Source: Mustelus asterias
Taxonomy: Eukaryota
Assembly (NCBI RefSeq): GCF_964213995.1
Contig: NC_135808.1
Coordinates: forward strand, 7,440,001-7,504,000
Length of the DNA: 64,000 nucleotides
Reading direction: 5' to 3'
Part shown: piece by piece, positions 51,181 to 64,000 of the stretch
How the letters are laid out: each line of letters starts with the position of its first letter
Numbering within the stretch: position 1 is the stretch's first letter
Notes under the pieces: generated by a model
Databases searched by the model: none
Seen by the model: the letters and a program-made list of their open reading frames with translations, nothing else
What the model was told of the DNA's origin: nothing
Made by a program: the position numbers and the translations under genes

Positions 51181-54100
51181 CTTCATTGCACACACGCTGA
51201 TGATCTGTAGGATGTGGTGCATTCACGCCAGATGAACAGTCTCAGTGGAATAAATGGGCGGGAATGGAACAAGTTGAGGTCCGTCTGGTCGGAGGCACAG
51301 AGCTCCTGTTATTGAGCGATACCAAGTGAAAGGGCCCGACCTCAGGAGTCTCAGAATAGAAATTAATTCCTCTCTCCACGTGCCGTTTACTTAGGAAATG
51401 AAAAAATAGTCTGGAGGGTGGGGGAGTTGAAGCTACAATGCGAGTGGTGCCCTTATCTATTTACAATGAAATACATTGTGCATTTTTGATGTTCCACAAT
51501 GACAATATGAGCAATAACTTGAGCTGTTCCATGTACGTGGACGGAAAACCACATTGCGGGTGGGTGTTAGGAGCTCAGTGAGTCAACAAAGAAAACCAAC
51601 TCGATCAAAGGTCCATTCTGCACCTAAGCTGTTAATGGAAAACATGCCTTTAATAGAACGTGTGGACAAGAGACCTCATCAAACCCCCCAACATCCAAAA
51701 GCACGTAAATTCAACCGCATATGTGAGAACTATTGAAGCAAAGCTTTATTTTTCGGTTATTTATTTTGCGCCGCCACATTTGTTTTTTTTATATTGACGC
51801 ATGTTTCAAACTTAAGAGATATCTATTTTATAGAACAATTTCATGTACACAATATTAACTTTTGGTTAAATAAATCCCACTTTATCAACGACATATTTAA
51901 ATGCATGCAAATGACCTGTCACTTCCCTCGCTTTGCAACTAATATTGCGTCCTAGAGCAATTGCCCCACTATATTGTTATTTGATTCACGGAGAACCATG
52001 CTAGTTACCCCCTGCCATGTGAAAACCAGAATAGCATTGAATCTAATTATGTCATTTGGAGACATAAATAATCATAATAATACTTTTGGATAATAACCTT
52101 CTAACTAGTATTATTATTCACTTATAGATTGTGAGCCTGTCTGGTTAGACCAACATTTACTGCCCACACCTAATTGCTCTTTAGGAGTGGTGGTTTGCCC
52201 CGTTCTTCAACCGCTGCAGTTCAACTCGAGTCAGTGCACCTGCAGTGATGCTAATAAGGGAAATCATAGACTTGAACCAGCTACTGTAAAAAAAAGACCA
52301 GATTAGTATGTCGTGTGGCTTGAAATGAAATGTACAATGTTACTGCTCCCTGGAGTCTGTTGCCCGGTCCTAGATGCGGCAGTCCTAGAGGTTGTCAGTT
52401 TGCCAAGTACGTTTGAAGGAGCCGTGGTGAGTGTTGTTAATAGATAGTGTATATGGAATCGTAGAAAATTTATGGCATAAAAATAAGCCACTTGGCCGGC
52501 AGTATCTACACCGGCCGAAAGACGAGCCACAGATCTTAATAACACTTGACAACATTTGATCTATAGCCCTGTAGGTTACAGTACTTAGGGTGCACATCCA
52601 AAGGGAGGCAATGGCCTAATCGCTAGACTATTAATCCAAAAACTCAGCCAGTGTCCTGGGAACCTGTGTTAGAATCCCGCCAGGGCAGATGGAGGATTTT
52701 GAATTCAGTAAAAGATATCTGGAATTAAGAATCTACTGATGACCATGAACCCATTGTAGATTGTCGAAAATACCCATCTGGCTCACTAATGCCCTTAAGG
52801 GAAGGAAATCTGCCTTCCGTACCTGGTCTGGCCTACATGTAACTCCAGAGCCACAGCAATGTGGTTGACTCCCAACTTCCTTCTGGCAACTAGGGATTGG
52901 CAATAAATGGCGGCCAGCCAGCGAGGCCCATGTCCCACAAATGAATGAAAAATATCCAGACACCTTTTAAATGATTTGACGGGTCCTGCCTCTACGACCC
53001 TTTGAGGTAAGGCGTTCATATGGGTGAAAGGAATTTTCCTCATATCCGCTCTCGACATCACTTCAACTCGTTGATCTCTCATGCCAGTCCTAGCAGCAGG
53101 ATGCAGCAAAGGTGGTGACATAGTTGTATACATTCGGGAGAGAGTTACCCTGGGAGTCCTCAACATTGACTCTGGACCCCATGAAGTCTCAGGATATTTA
53201 GACAATCAAGGGCAATCACAGATTGTTCCACCAGAGCAAGCGGAGAGGGAGTGATTCGAGTGAGAAGAGCTGAAGGTAAGAGACTTTGATATTTACATTG
53301 CATTTTGTTGGAGTTTTTTTCTCGAGTGAAACAGGAAACTGGAAATAGGCCGCAGAGAGGCCTGGGAAGGTTTTTGTTCTGTTTCTTTTTAAAGGACTTA
53401 CCTTCGAGGTTTCCACCTCATTGTGGCACCGCAGCAAGCGGAGGGGGTGCAATTCGAGTGAGAAGAGCTGAATGTACAAGACTTTGATTTTTACATTACT
53501 TTTCGTTGGAGTTTTTTTTCCTAGTGCAACAGGAAACAGGAAACCGGAAGTAGGCCGCAGAGAGGCCTGGGAAGGTTTTTGCCCAATAAATTTGAACGGG
53601 GGGCGGGGGGAACCCGAGACACTAAACCTAAGAGTCTCCCACCCTCCCCCCTCCTCTAACCTAAAAAAAAGACCCGGAGTGAGAGCATTTTTTTTCACTC
53701 TTTCATTTCCGCAAGTTATCTCGTGGGGATGTCAGGGAAGGCAGTGCAATGTTCCTCCTGCAGAATGTTTGAGGTGAGGGATGCCGTCAGTGTCCCTGCT
53801 GATTTCACCTGTGGGAAGTGCACCCATCTACAGCTCCTCAAAAACTGCGTTAGGGAACTGGAGCGGGAGCTGGATGAACTTTGGATCATTCGGGAGGCAG
53901 AGATGGCCATAGATAGAAGCTTCGGGGATGTAGTTACTCTGAAGAATGAAGATAGATGGGTAACGGTGAGAGGGGCTGGGAAGAAGCAGCCAGTACAAGG
54001 ATCCCCTGTGGTCGTTCCCCTCAGCAACAAGTATACCGCTTTGGATACTGCTGAGGGGGACGACCTACCAGTGCTGGGCGGCAGTGACCGGATCTCCAGC

Positions 54101-56579
54101 ACTGAGTCCGTCCCTGTAGCTCAGAAGGGAAGTGGGGGGGGGAGAAGGAGAGCAATAGTTATTGGAGACTCGATAGTTAGAGGGATAGATAGAAGGTTCT
54201 GTGGCAGTGAAAGGGACTCACGGATGGTATGTTGCCTCCCGGGTGCCAAGGTCCGTGACATCTTGGACCGTGTTTTCAGGATCCTTAAGTGGGAGGGGGA
54301 ACAGTCACAAGTCGTGGTACACATCGGTACCAACAACATAGGTAGGGGAAGGGATGGGGATTTAAACAAGAATTTAGGGAGCTAGGGTGGAAGCTGAGAG
54401 CCAAGACAAACCATGTTGTCATCTCTGGTCTGTTGCCACTGCCACGTGCTAGCGAGTTGAGGAACAGGGAGAGGGTGCAGATAAACATGTGGCTGCAGGG
54501 ATGGTGTAGGAGGGAGGGTTTCAGTTTTGTGGATAATTGGAGCTCATTCTGGGGAAGGTAGGACCTGTACAAACATGACGCGTTGCACCTGAACCAGAGG
54601 GGCACCAACATCATGGGAGGGAAATTTGCTTCGGCTCTTTGGGGGGGTTTAAACTAATTTGTCAGGGGGATGGGAAAACGAGCTCAAGTCCAGAAGCCAG
54701 TGTTGAGTGTATTGAGGTACTGAGGAGGGAATCAAGGGGTTGCAGCAGTGTACCGACAGACAGGAAAGTGGGTTAAAGAGTGTCTACTTCAATGCAAGGA
54801 GCATCCGGAATAAGCTAGGTGAACTTGGAGCATGGATTGGTACTTGGGACTACGATGTTGTGGCCATTACAGAGACATAGTTAGAACAGGGGCAGGAATG
54901 GTTGTTGGAAGTTCCAGGGTATAGATGTTTCAGTAAGAGTAGGGAGCGTGGTAAAAGAGGTGGAGGAGTAGCACTGTTAATCAAGGATAGTTCAGCGGCT
55001 GCAGAAAGGCAGTTCATAGGGGATCTGCCTACTGAGGTAATATGGGCTGCAGTTAGAAATAGGAAAGGAGCGGTCACGTTGTTAGGAGTTTTCTTTCGGC
55101 ACCCAAATAGTAATAGAGATGTGGAGGAAGAAATTGCAAAGCAGATTATGGATGGGTGTGGAGGTCACAGGGTAGTTGTCATGGGTGACTTTAACTTTCC
55201 AAATATTGATTGAACCCATTATAGGTCGAATAGTTCGGATGGGGCAGTTTTTGTACAGTTTGTGCAGGAGGGTTTCCTGGCACAATATGTGAATAAGCCG
55301 ACAAGAGGTGGGGCTACTTTGGATTTGGTACTGGGTAATGAACTGGGCCAAGTGTTGGATTTGTTTGTGGGAGAGCACTTTGGAGATAGTGACCACAATT
55401 TGGTGTCTTTCACTGTTGCATTGGAGAGGGATAGGGCCATACGGCAGGGCAAGGTTTATAATTGGGGAGGGGTAATTATGATGCGATTAGGCAGGAATTA
55501 GGGAGCATAGGATGGGAACAGAAACTGTCAGGTAAAGGCACAAATGAAAAGTGGAACTTGTTCAAGGAACAAATACTGCATGTCTTTGATAGGTATGTCT
55601 CTGTCCGCAGGGAGGGAATGGACGAGTGAGGGAACCATGGTTCACAAAAGAAGTGGAATGTCTTGTCAAGAGGAAAATGGAAGCGTATGAGAAAACAAGT
55701 TTCAATTGGGTCGCTTGAGGGTTAAAAGGTAGCAAGGAATTAGCTAAAAAAAAGGGGTTAGGAGAGCGAGGAGGAGACATGAGAAGTCCTTGGCGGGCCA
55801 GATCAAGGAAAACCCCAAGGCTTTTTACTCTTATGTGAGAAGTAAAAGAATGACCAGGGTGAGGTTAGGGCCGGTCAAGGACAGTAGTGGGAACTTGTGC
55901 ATCGACTCAGAAGAGATAGGAGAGGCAATGAATGAATACTTTTCTTCAGTGTTCACCAAGGAGAGTGGCCATGTTTTTGAGGATGAGAGTGTGATACAGG
56001 CTGATAGGCTGGAGGAGGTAGATGTTCTGAGGGAAGATGTATTAGCAATTTTGAAAAATCTGAGCGTCGATAAGTCCCCTGGGCCAGATGGGATATATCC
56101 TAGGATTCTTTGGGAGGCAAGGGATGAGATTGCAGAGCCTTTGGCTTTGATCTTTGGGTCCTCACTGTCCACGGGGATAGTGCCAGAGGACTGGAGAGTG
56201 GCGAATGTTGTTCCTCTGTTCAAGAAAGGAAATAGGAATGACCCCGGTAATTATAGGCTGGTTAGTCTTACTTCGGTGGTCGGTACGTTAATGGAAAAGT
56301 TCCTGAGAGACAGGATTTATGACCATTTGGAAAGATGCAGCTTTTTCCGGGATAGCCAACATGGATTCGTGAAGGATATGTCTGGCCTCACAAATGTGAT
56401 TGAATTCTTTGAGGAGGTAACTAGGTGTGTAGATGAAGATAGAGCAGTTGATGTCGTATACATGGATTTTAGTAAGGCGTTTGATAAGGTTCCCCATGGT
56501 GGGCTCACGAAGAAAGTAAGGAGGTGTGGGATAGAGGGAGATTTGGCTGATTGGATAAGTAACTGACTATCTCATAGAA

Positions 56580-58045
56580 AGAAGTCTCACAACACCAGGT
56601 TAAAGTCCAACAGGTTTATTTGGTAGCAAATACCATAAGCTTTCGGAGCACTGTTCCTTCGTCAGATGGAGTAGAAATGTGCTCTCAAACAGTGCAAACA
56701 GACACAAAATCAAGATGCAGAATACTGATTAGAATGCGAATCCCTACAGCCAGCCAGGTCTTAAAGGTACAGACAATGTGGGTGGAGGGAGCATTAAACA
56801 CAGGTTAAAGAGATGTGTATTGAGTCCAGACAGAACAGCTAGTGAGATTCTGCAAGCCCAGGAGGCAAGCTGTGGGGGTTACTGATAATGTGACATAAAT
56901 GCAACATCCTGGTTTAGGCCGTCCTCATGTGTGTGGAACTTGGCTATCAGTTTCTGCTCAGCGACTCTGCACTGTCGTGTGTTGTGAAGGCCGCCTTGGA
57001 GAACGCTTACCTGAAGATCCAAGGCTGAATGCCCGTGACTGCTGAAGTGCTCCCCCACAGGAAGAGAACAGTGTTGCCTGGTGATTGTCGAGCGGTGTTC
57101 ATTCATCTGTTGTTGTAGCGTCTGCATGGTTTCCCCAATGTACCATGCCTCGGGACATCCTTTCCTGCAGCATATCAGGTAGACAATGTTGGCCGAGTTA
57201 CAAGAGTAGGTACCGTGTACCTGGTAGATGGTGTTCTCATGTGAGATGATGGCATCCGTGTCGCTGACCACCACACTACACAACCCTGCCACAGCAACCT
57301 CTGCAAGACGTGCCGGATCATCGACACGGATGCCATCATCTCACGTGCGAACACCATCTACCAGGTACACGGTACCTACTCTTGCAACTCGGCGAACATT
57401 GTCTACCTGATACGCTGCAGGAAAGGATGTCCCGAGGCATGGTACATTGGGAAACCATGCAGACGCTACGACAACGGATGAATGAACACCGCTCGACAAT
57501 CACCAGGCAAGACTGTTCTCTTCCTGTGGGGGAGCACTTCAGCAGTCACGGGCATTCAGCCTTGGATCTTCAGGTAAGCGTTCTCCAAGGCGGCCTTCAC
57601 AACACACGACAGCGCAGAGTCGCTGAGCAGAAACTGATAGCCAAGTTCCACACACATGAGGGCGGCCTAAACTGGGATGTTGGATTTATGTCACATTATC
57701 AGTAACCCCCACAGCTTGCCTCCTCGGCTTGCAGAATCTCACTAGCTGTTCTGTCTGGAGACAATACACATCTCTTTAACCTATGTTTAATGCTCCCTCC
57801 ACCCACATTGTCTGTACCTTTAACACCTGGCTGGCTGTAGGGATTCGCATTCTAATCAGTATTCTGCAACTTGATTTTGTGTCTGTTTGCACTGTTTGAG
57901 AGCACATTTCCACTCCATCTGACGAAGGAGCAGTGCTCCGAAAGCTTATGGTATTTGCTACCAAATAAACCTGTTGGACTTTAACCTGGTGTTGTAAGAC
58001 TTCTTACTGTGTTCACCCCTGTCCAGCGCCGGCATCTCCACATCA
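56580..58045. mobile_element. Penelope-like element: inverted pair of GIY-YIG endonuclease and terminal segments
   Basis: NIVYLICCRKGCPEAWYIGETMQTL...EH on the minus strand (56879-57292) mirrored at about 57320-57705 (+). 12-bp duplication TATCTCATAGAA (56568-56579 and 58046-58057). Confidence 0.9.
57919..57943 (+). ncRNA. Minimal hammerhead-ribozyme-like core in the Penelope terminus
   Basis: CTGACGA-AGGAGCAGTGCTCC-GAAA (conserved boxes around a stem II hairpin), with a mirror copy at about 56641-56665. Stems I and III were not verified. Confidence 0.55.
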
Positions 58046-59102
58046 TATCTCATAGAAGACAGAGGGTGGTGGTGGAATGAAAATTTTCAGACTGGAGACC
58101 AGTTACCAGCGGTGTACCACAGGGATCAGTGTTGGATCCTCTGCTATTTGTGATTTTTATCAATGACTTGGAGGAGGGGGCTGAAGGGTGGGTCAGTAAA
58201 TTTGCTGATGACACCAAGATTGCTGGAGTAGTGGATGAGCTGGAGGGCTGTTGTCGGCAGCAAAGGGACATTGATAGGCTGCAAAGCTGGGCCGAAAAAT
58301 GGCAGATGGAATTTAACCCTGATAAGTGCGAGGTGATTCATTTTGGTAGGACAAATTTGAATGCGGATTACAGGGTCAACGGCAGGGTTCTGAGGAATGT
58401 GGAGGAACAGAGAGATGTTGGGGTTCATATCCACAGATCTCTGAAGGTTGCCACTCAAGTGGATAGAGCCGTGAAGAAGGCCTATAGTGTGTTAGCGTTT
58501 ATTAACAGGGTGTTTGAGTTTAAGAGCCGTGGGGTTATGCTGCAACTGTACAGGACCTTGGTTAGACCACATTTGGAATATTGTGTGCAGTTCTGGTCAC
58601 CTCACTATAAGAAGGATGTGGAAGCATTGGAAAGAGTGCAAATGAGATTTACCAGGATGCTGCCTGGTTTGGAGGGTAGGTCTTGTGAGGAAAGGTTGAG
58701 GGAGCTAGGGCTTTTCTCTTTAGAGCGGAGGAGTATGAGAGGCGACTTAATAGAGGTTTGTAAGATGATGAGGGGGATAGATAGAGTGGACATTCAGAGA
58801 CTATTTCCTCTGGTGGATGGAGCTATTACTAGGGGGCATAACTATAAGGTTCACGGTGGGAGATACAGGAAGGATGTCCGAGGAAGGTTCTTTACTCAGA
58901 GAGTGGTTGGGGTGTAGAATAGACTGCCTGCTTTGATAGTGGAGTCGGACACTTTAGGAACTTTCAAGTGGTAATTGGATAGGCACATGGAGCACACCAG
59001 AATGATAGGGAGTGGGATAGCTTGATCTTGGTTTCAGACAAAGCTCGGCACAACATCGAGGGCTGAAGGGCATGTACTGTGCTGTCCTGTTCTATGTTCT
59101 AT

Positions 59103-60750
59103 GAAACCTCCTGCTGATTACCATATACCGCACCAGCCCACCCCGTCAGCGATGAATCAGTACTCCTTCATGTCAAACACAATTAGAGAAAGCACTGAGG
59201 GTCGCAAGGGGCAGAATGTGCTCTGGGTGGGGGACTTCAATATCCATCACTAAGAGTGGCTCAGCAGCAGTACTACAGACTGAGCTGGCCAAGCCCAGAG
59301 AGGTATAACTGCTTGACTGGATCTGCGTCAGGTGGCAATGGAACCAAGAAGAGAGGAAACATACAAATAAATAACCAGAGTAGGAGCATCAACCTGCGTG
59401 CTGCAGATGCACTTGTCCCTGACAGTATCAGTAGGAGTGTTCACAGTTCTTGTGGAAACAAATTCCCATTTTCGCATTGTGAATACCCTCCATCATGTTG
59501 TGTGGGACTCACGCCATGATATGTTTTTTCTATTCATTTGTGGGACATTGGCGTCGCTGGCTTGCCAGCATTTATTGCTGCCCATCCAGAGTTCTCCTTT
59601 CAGGGCATTTCGGATTCAACCGCATTGCTCTGGCCACATGTAGGCCAGACCAGAAAAGGGATTTCCTTCCCGAAAGGACAATAGTGAACCAGATGGATTT
59701 GTCCAACAACCGGCAATGGTTTCATGGTCATCAGTGGATTCTTAATTCCAGATACTTTTTTTAATTGAATTCAAATTCCAGCATCTCCCATAGCGGTATT
59801 TGAACCTGGATCCCCAGCACATTAGCTGAGTTTCTGGATTAACAGTCTAGTGAAAATACCAATAGGCCATCGCCTCCCTTTATCGGCTAGATTTCAAACA
59901 GTTCTAACAACTCAACACTGGGCATTGATGAGGCGTTGTGCCCCCATCAACAGCAGCAGAATTGTACTCAGCCACAGTCTGGAGCCTCATGGCCTGCCAT
60001 TTCCCCACTCTACCATTACCACCAAACAAGGGGATCAACCTTGGTTTAACGAAGGTTACAGGAGAGCATGCCATGAGCAACAGCAGGCATACCTAAACAT
60101 GAGGTATGAACATGGTGAAGTTACAGCACAGGATTATTTGCCTGCCTAATAGGAAGAGCAGCAAGTAATAGTTAGCTTCCTCAAGTATTTCCATCCTGAA
60201 TGACGGGGCAGCCCAGCACATCAGTGCAAAAGGTAAGACTGAAGATTTGCAACAATATCAGATAGCAGGGCCCATGAATGATTCATCTCCTCCAGACATC
60301 CTCACCATTACAGATGCCAATCTTCAGCCAATTCGATTTATTCCTTCTGCCACCAAGAAACGGCTAAAGGCACTCTGTACTGCAAAGACTATGGACCCTG
60401 ATCATATTCCGGCAATAATCCTGAACAATTGTGCTCCAGAACTTGCCCTGTCCCAAGCCAAGCTGTTCCTGTATGGATTTAACAGTGGCATCTAGCCCAA
60501 AGATGTGCGGGTTAGGTAAGTTGGCTATGCTAAATTGACCTTTCGTGTCAGGGGGATTAGCAGGGTAAATATGTGGTGTTATGGGGATCTGGCCTGGGTG
60601 AGATTGTTGTTGGTGCAGGCTTGATGGGCCGAATGGCCTCCTTCTGTACTGCAGGGATTCTATGATTCCATGATCTACCCGGCATGTTGGAAATTTGCTC
60701 AGGTATGTCCTGTACACAAAAAGCAGAGCAGATCTAACCCAGTCACTCAT
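59103..60750 (+). mobile_element. Old degenerate LINE with nested SINEs (partly the mirror of 25465-26780)
   Basis: KQGDQPWFNEGYRRA and MDPDHIPAIILNNCAPELA. Confidence 0.7.
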
Positions 60751-61306
60751 GGATACCCAGATTTGAGCGACAAAATCTGCCCTGAATTTTACCTGTTAAC
60801 ATGATGGATTGCATCTTCATTGTGAAGCCGGGACTTTACCTCCACAATCACAGTGCCACGGTCACTCTATTCACTCTGTCATCTGGAGCCAATTGGCAAT
60901 GCGTTGTAGAGTTTTGCTCTCTTATTCTTTCCCTCGCTATGTGCTGCTGTCCCAGACTGGCAGAGATACCCTACATGACTCCACCAGCTCGGTCAGGAGC
61001 AGTGCTATTGAATCACTTTTGATGGTGGACACTGAAGGTCCCCATCCAAAGTAAATTCCGTGCCGTTGCTACCAACAGTGTTTCTACCAAGTGGTACTCA
61101 ACATAGAGGGGTACTGAATCAGCAGGAGACTGAGGGTGATTGGTAGTAGTCTGAAGGAGGGTTCCTTGCCATGTTTAATCTTGTACCAGGTTTCTACATT
61201 CCTATGTTTTCTTTGTACCAGGAGACCTCAGGGGTTCTGGTGTCAATGTTGAAGACTATTGGGGCAACACATTACCTCTACCTGCCGCTACTTCTGCTGG
61301 ATCTGT

Positions 61307-62985
61307 CAAAGAACAAAGAACAAAGAACAATACAGCATAGGAACAGGCCCTTCGGCCCTCCAAGCCCGCGCCGCTCCCTGGTCCAAACTAGACCATTCTT
61401 TCGTATCCCTCCATTCCCACTCCGTTCATGTGGCTATCTAGATAAGTCTTAAACGTTCCCAGTGTGTCCCCCTCCACCAGCTTGCCCGACAGCGCATTCT
61501 AGGTCCCCATCACCCTCTGCGTAAAATACGTCCTTCTGATATCCGTGTTAAACCTCCCACCCCCCCCCCCCCCCCCCCGCCCCCCCGCCTCACCTTGAAC
61601 ATATGACCCCTCGTGAACGTCACCACCGACCTGGGAAAAAGCTTCCCACCGTTCACCCTATCTATGCCTTTCATAATTTTATACACCTCTATTAGGTCAC
61701 CCCTCATCCTCCGTCTTTCCAGTGAGAACAACCCCTGTTTACCCAATCTCTCCTCATAACTAAGCCCTTCCATACCAGGCAACATTCTGGTAAACCTCCT
61801 CTGTACTCTCTCTAAAGCCTCCATGTCCTTCCGGTAGTGTGGTGACCAGAACTGGGTGCAGAATTCCAAATGCGGCCGAACCAACGTTCTATACAACTGC
61901 AACATCAGACCCCAACTTTTATACACTATGCCCCGTCCTATAAAGGCAAGCATGCCATATGCCTTATTCACTACCTTCTCCAGCCGTGACGTCACCTTCA
62001 AGGATCTGTGGACTTGCACACCCAGGTCCCTCTGCATATCTACACCCTTTATGGTTCTGCCATTTATCGTATAGCTCCCCCGTATGTTAGTTTTACCAAA
62101 ATGCATCACTTCGCATTTATCTGGATCGAACTCCATCTGCCATTTCTTTGCCCAAATTTCCAGCCTATCTATATCCTTCTGTAGCCTCTGACAATGTTCC
62201 TCACTATCTGCAAGTCCAGCCATTTTCATGTCGTCCGCAAACTTACTGATCACCCCAGTTACACCTTCTTCCAGATTGTTTATATAAATCACAAACAGCA
62301 GAGGTCCCAATACAGGGCCCTACGGAACACCACTAGTCACAGGCCTCCAGCCAGAAAGAGACCCTTCCACTACCACCCTCTGTCTTCTGTGACCAAGCCA
62401 GTTCTCCACCCATCTAGCCACCTCCCCCTTTATCCCATGTGATCCAACCTACCATGAGGGACTTTATCAAACGCTTTATTAAAGTCCATATAGACGACAT
62501 CCACGGCCCTTCCCTCGTCAACCATTCTAGTCACTTCTTCAAAAAGCTCCACCAGGTTAGTGAGGCATGACCTCCCTCTCACAAAAGCATGCTGACTATC
62601 GATAATGAGTTTATTCCTTTCTAAATGTGCATACATCCTATTTCTAAGAATCCTCTCCAACAACTTCCCTACCACGGACGTCACGCTCACCGGCCTATAA
62701 TTTCCCGGGTTATCCTTCCTACCCTTCTTAAATAACGGGACCACATTAGCTATCCTCCAATCCTCTGGGACCTCACCTATGTCCAGTGACGAGATGAAGA
62801 TTTGCGTCAGAGGCCCAGCGATTTCATCTCTCATCTCCCTGAGCAGCCTTGGATAGATTCCATCAGGCCCTGGGGATTTGTCAGTCTTTATATTCCCTAA
62901 AAAACCTAACACTTCCTCCCTTGTAATGGAGATTTTCTCTAACGGGTCAACACTCCCCACCGAGGCACTCCCAGTCAACACATCC
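61307..62985 (-). mobile_element. Young 5'-truncated CR1 LINE, same subfamily as 39862-42980 (arm-2-specific)
   Basis: Near-identical ORF2 peptide, a small internal deletion near 62440 and a (TTCTTTG)n tail. Confidence 0.93.
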
Positions 62986-63619
62986 TTCAGTTGGGACAGG
63001 ACATACCTAGGGACGTACCTCGGGACGTTGATGATGGTGTTTCGGCCACTGGCTGTCAGGTATGATTCCGTGAGATTGACTATGTCAGGCTGTTCCTTTA
63101 CTGTTCTGTGGGAAAGCTCTCCCAATTTCCGCACAAGGCCCCAGATCGAGTACAGAAGATTTCAGCAGCTACTATTTCAGCGGGCACGTAAACGTCAACC
63201 AAATTGTGGGCTGGTTCAACCAGTTACATACGGCAGATGTCCTCTTCTAAAGAACGTTTGTGAACCGGATGGAGTCTTAGAGGGCCCAATAATCTTGCAG
63301 CCACCATCACTGAGACTAACTGCTGATTCCAGACTTATTAATGCATGAAATTTAAATTCCAACAACAGATGTATTGGAATTTGAGCTCGCATCACCACCA
63401 CGCCACTCTTCTCCAAAACTCCACACTATGAATTTCGTAAGAACGGCAGTGTGGACATTAAATTTGAGGACATAATTAAAGCAGAGTCTGTTTCATACAA
63501 ACTTTTGTTTTAGTGCCTTTTCTGTTTCCAATCGTCTTGTTCAATACAATCCATAGGCCAATCAGATTCATCTCAATGGTACAGGAACTCTCCACAATGA
63601 TAGAACCGCAAGACTCCCT

Positions 63620-63915
63620 ATAGTGCAGAAAGAGGATATTCAGCACATCTGCACTGACGCCCTCTCCCTAAGAGAGCATCTCACTTCCGCCCATAACCCA
63701 ACACATTTACCATGGCTAACCCACCTAACCTACACATCTCTATACACTAAAGGACAAGTTAGCAATGCCAATCCACCTCACCTGCAAATCTTTCGACTGT
63801 GGGCGAAACCCACGCAGACACAGGAGAACGTGCAAACACCACACAGACAGTTACCCAAGGCCGGAATTGAACCGGGTCCCTTGTGCTGTGAAGCAGCACT
63901 GCCACCATGCCACCC
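63620..63915 (-). mobile_element. tRNA-derived SINE at the outer end of arm 2
   Basis: Its body mirrors the headless SINE at 20688-20890. Confidence 0.8.
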
Positions 63916-64000
63916 ATGAACTACGATAAAATTTGATCGCTTGTATAATATTGATCAATTAATTAAGGAAAGTCAGCACGGATTTAGCGAAATGAACCCG

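Larger units (their letters stand above)
53215..59102 (+). mobile_element. Near full-length CR1 LINE (5' UTR with duplicated units, ORF1, ORF2, tail), inactivated and interrupted by a Penelope-like element
   Basis: ORF1 from 53723: CxxC...CxxC finger, coiled coil and SGNH esterase motifs (IGDSIVR, HIGTNN). ORF2 endonuclease and RT carry stops and frameshifts; (TTCTATG)n tail. Confidence 0.93.
43680..63820 (-). repeat. Arm 2 of the inverted duplication (carries intact gene B exons 1-3)
   Basis: Reverse-complement partner of 20688-36683, expanded by arm-specific CR1, Penelope and SINE insertions. Lacks the equivalent of about 22350-25465. Confidence 0.93.

Noticed and set aside
62430-63134. 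234-aa ORF fusing two LINE peptides
   Set aside because: A chance in-frame junction where a young CR1 inserted into an older LINE remnant.
20688-63820. Inverted arms as a haplotype or assembly artefact
   Set aside because: The arms differ by many substitutions and by several kilobase-scale arm-specific insertions, far beyond allelic difference.

Overview
Eukaryotic genomic DNA, most likely from a cartilaginous fish (inferred from the CR1 LINE, tRNA-SINE, Deu-SINE and Penelope repeat content), with one assembly gap (331-468). Most of the ORF track is retroelement debris. Manual exon assembly reveals a small immunoglobulin-superfamily receptor locus that the ORF track misses. Gene A (+, 6640-14640, possible last exon at 18056) encodes a leader, one germline-joined VJ-type Ig domain (NKp30/NCR3-like), a Cys stalk, an Arg/Lys-containing transmembrane helix and its own ITAM-like tail (YTGF-x7-YNEL). 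Gene B (-, 51180-37158) is a paralog with a homologous 58-nt leader exon, an in-frame Ig exon lacking the central part of the domain, an uncharged transmembrane helix and an ITIM-type tail (CVYTRL...VEYASI). All five gene B exons join in compatible phase without a stop. A ~16-kb inverted duplicate of gene B's 5' part (20688-36683, mirroring 43680-63820) carries a pseudogene broken in all three of its exons. The layout looks like a paired activating/inhibitory receptor system. All gene models come from sequence inspection alone and need transcript support; repeat boundaries are approximate.
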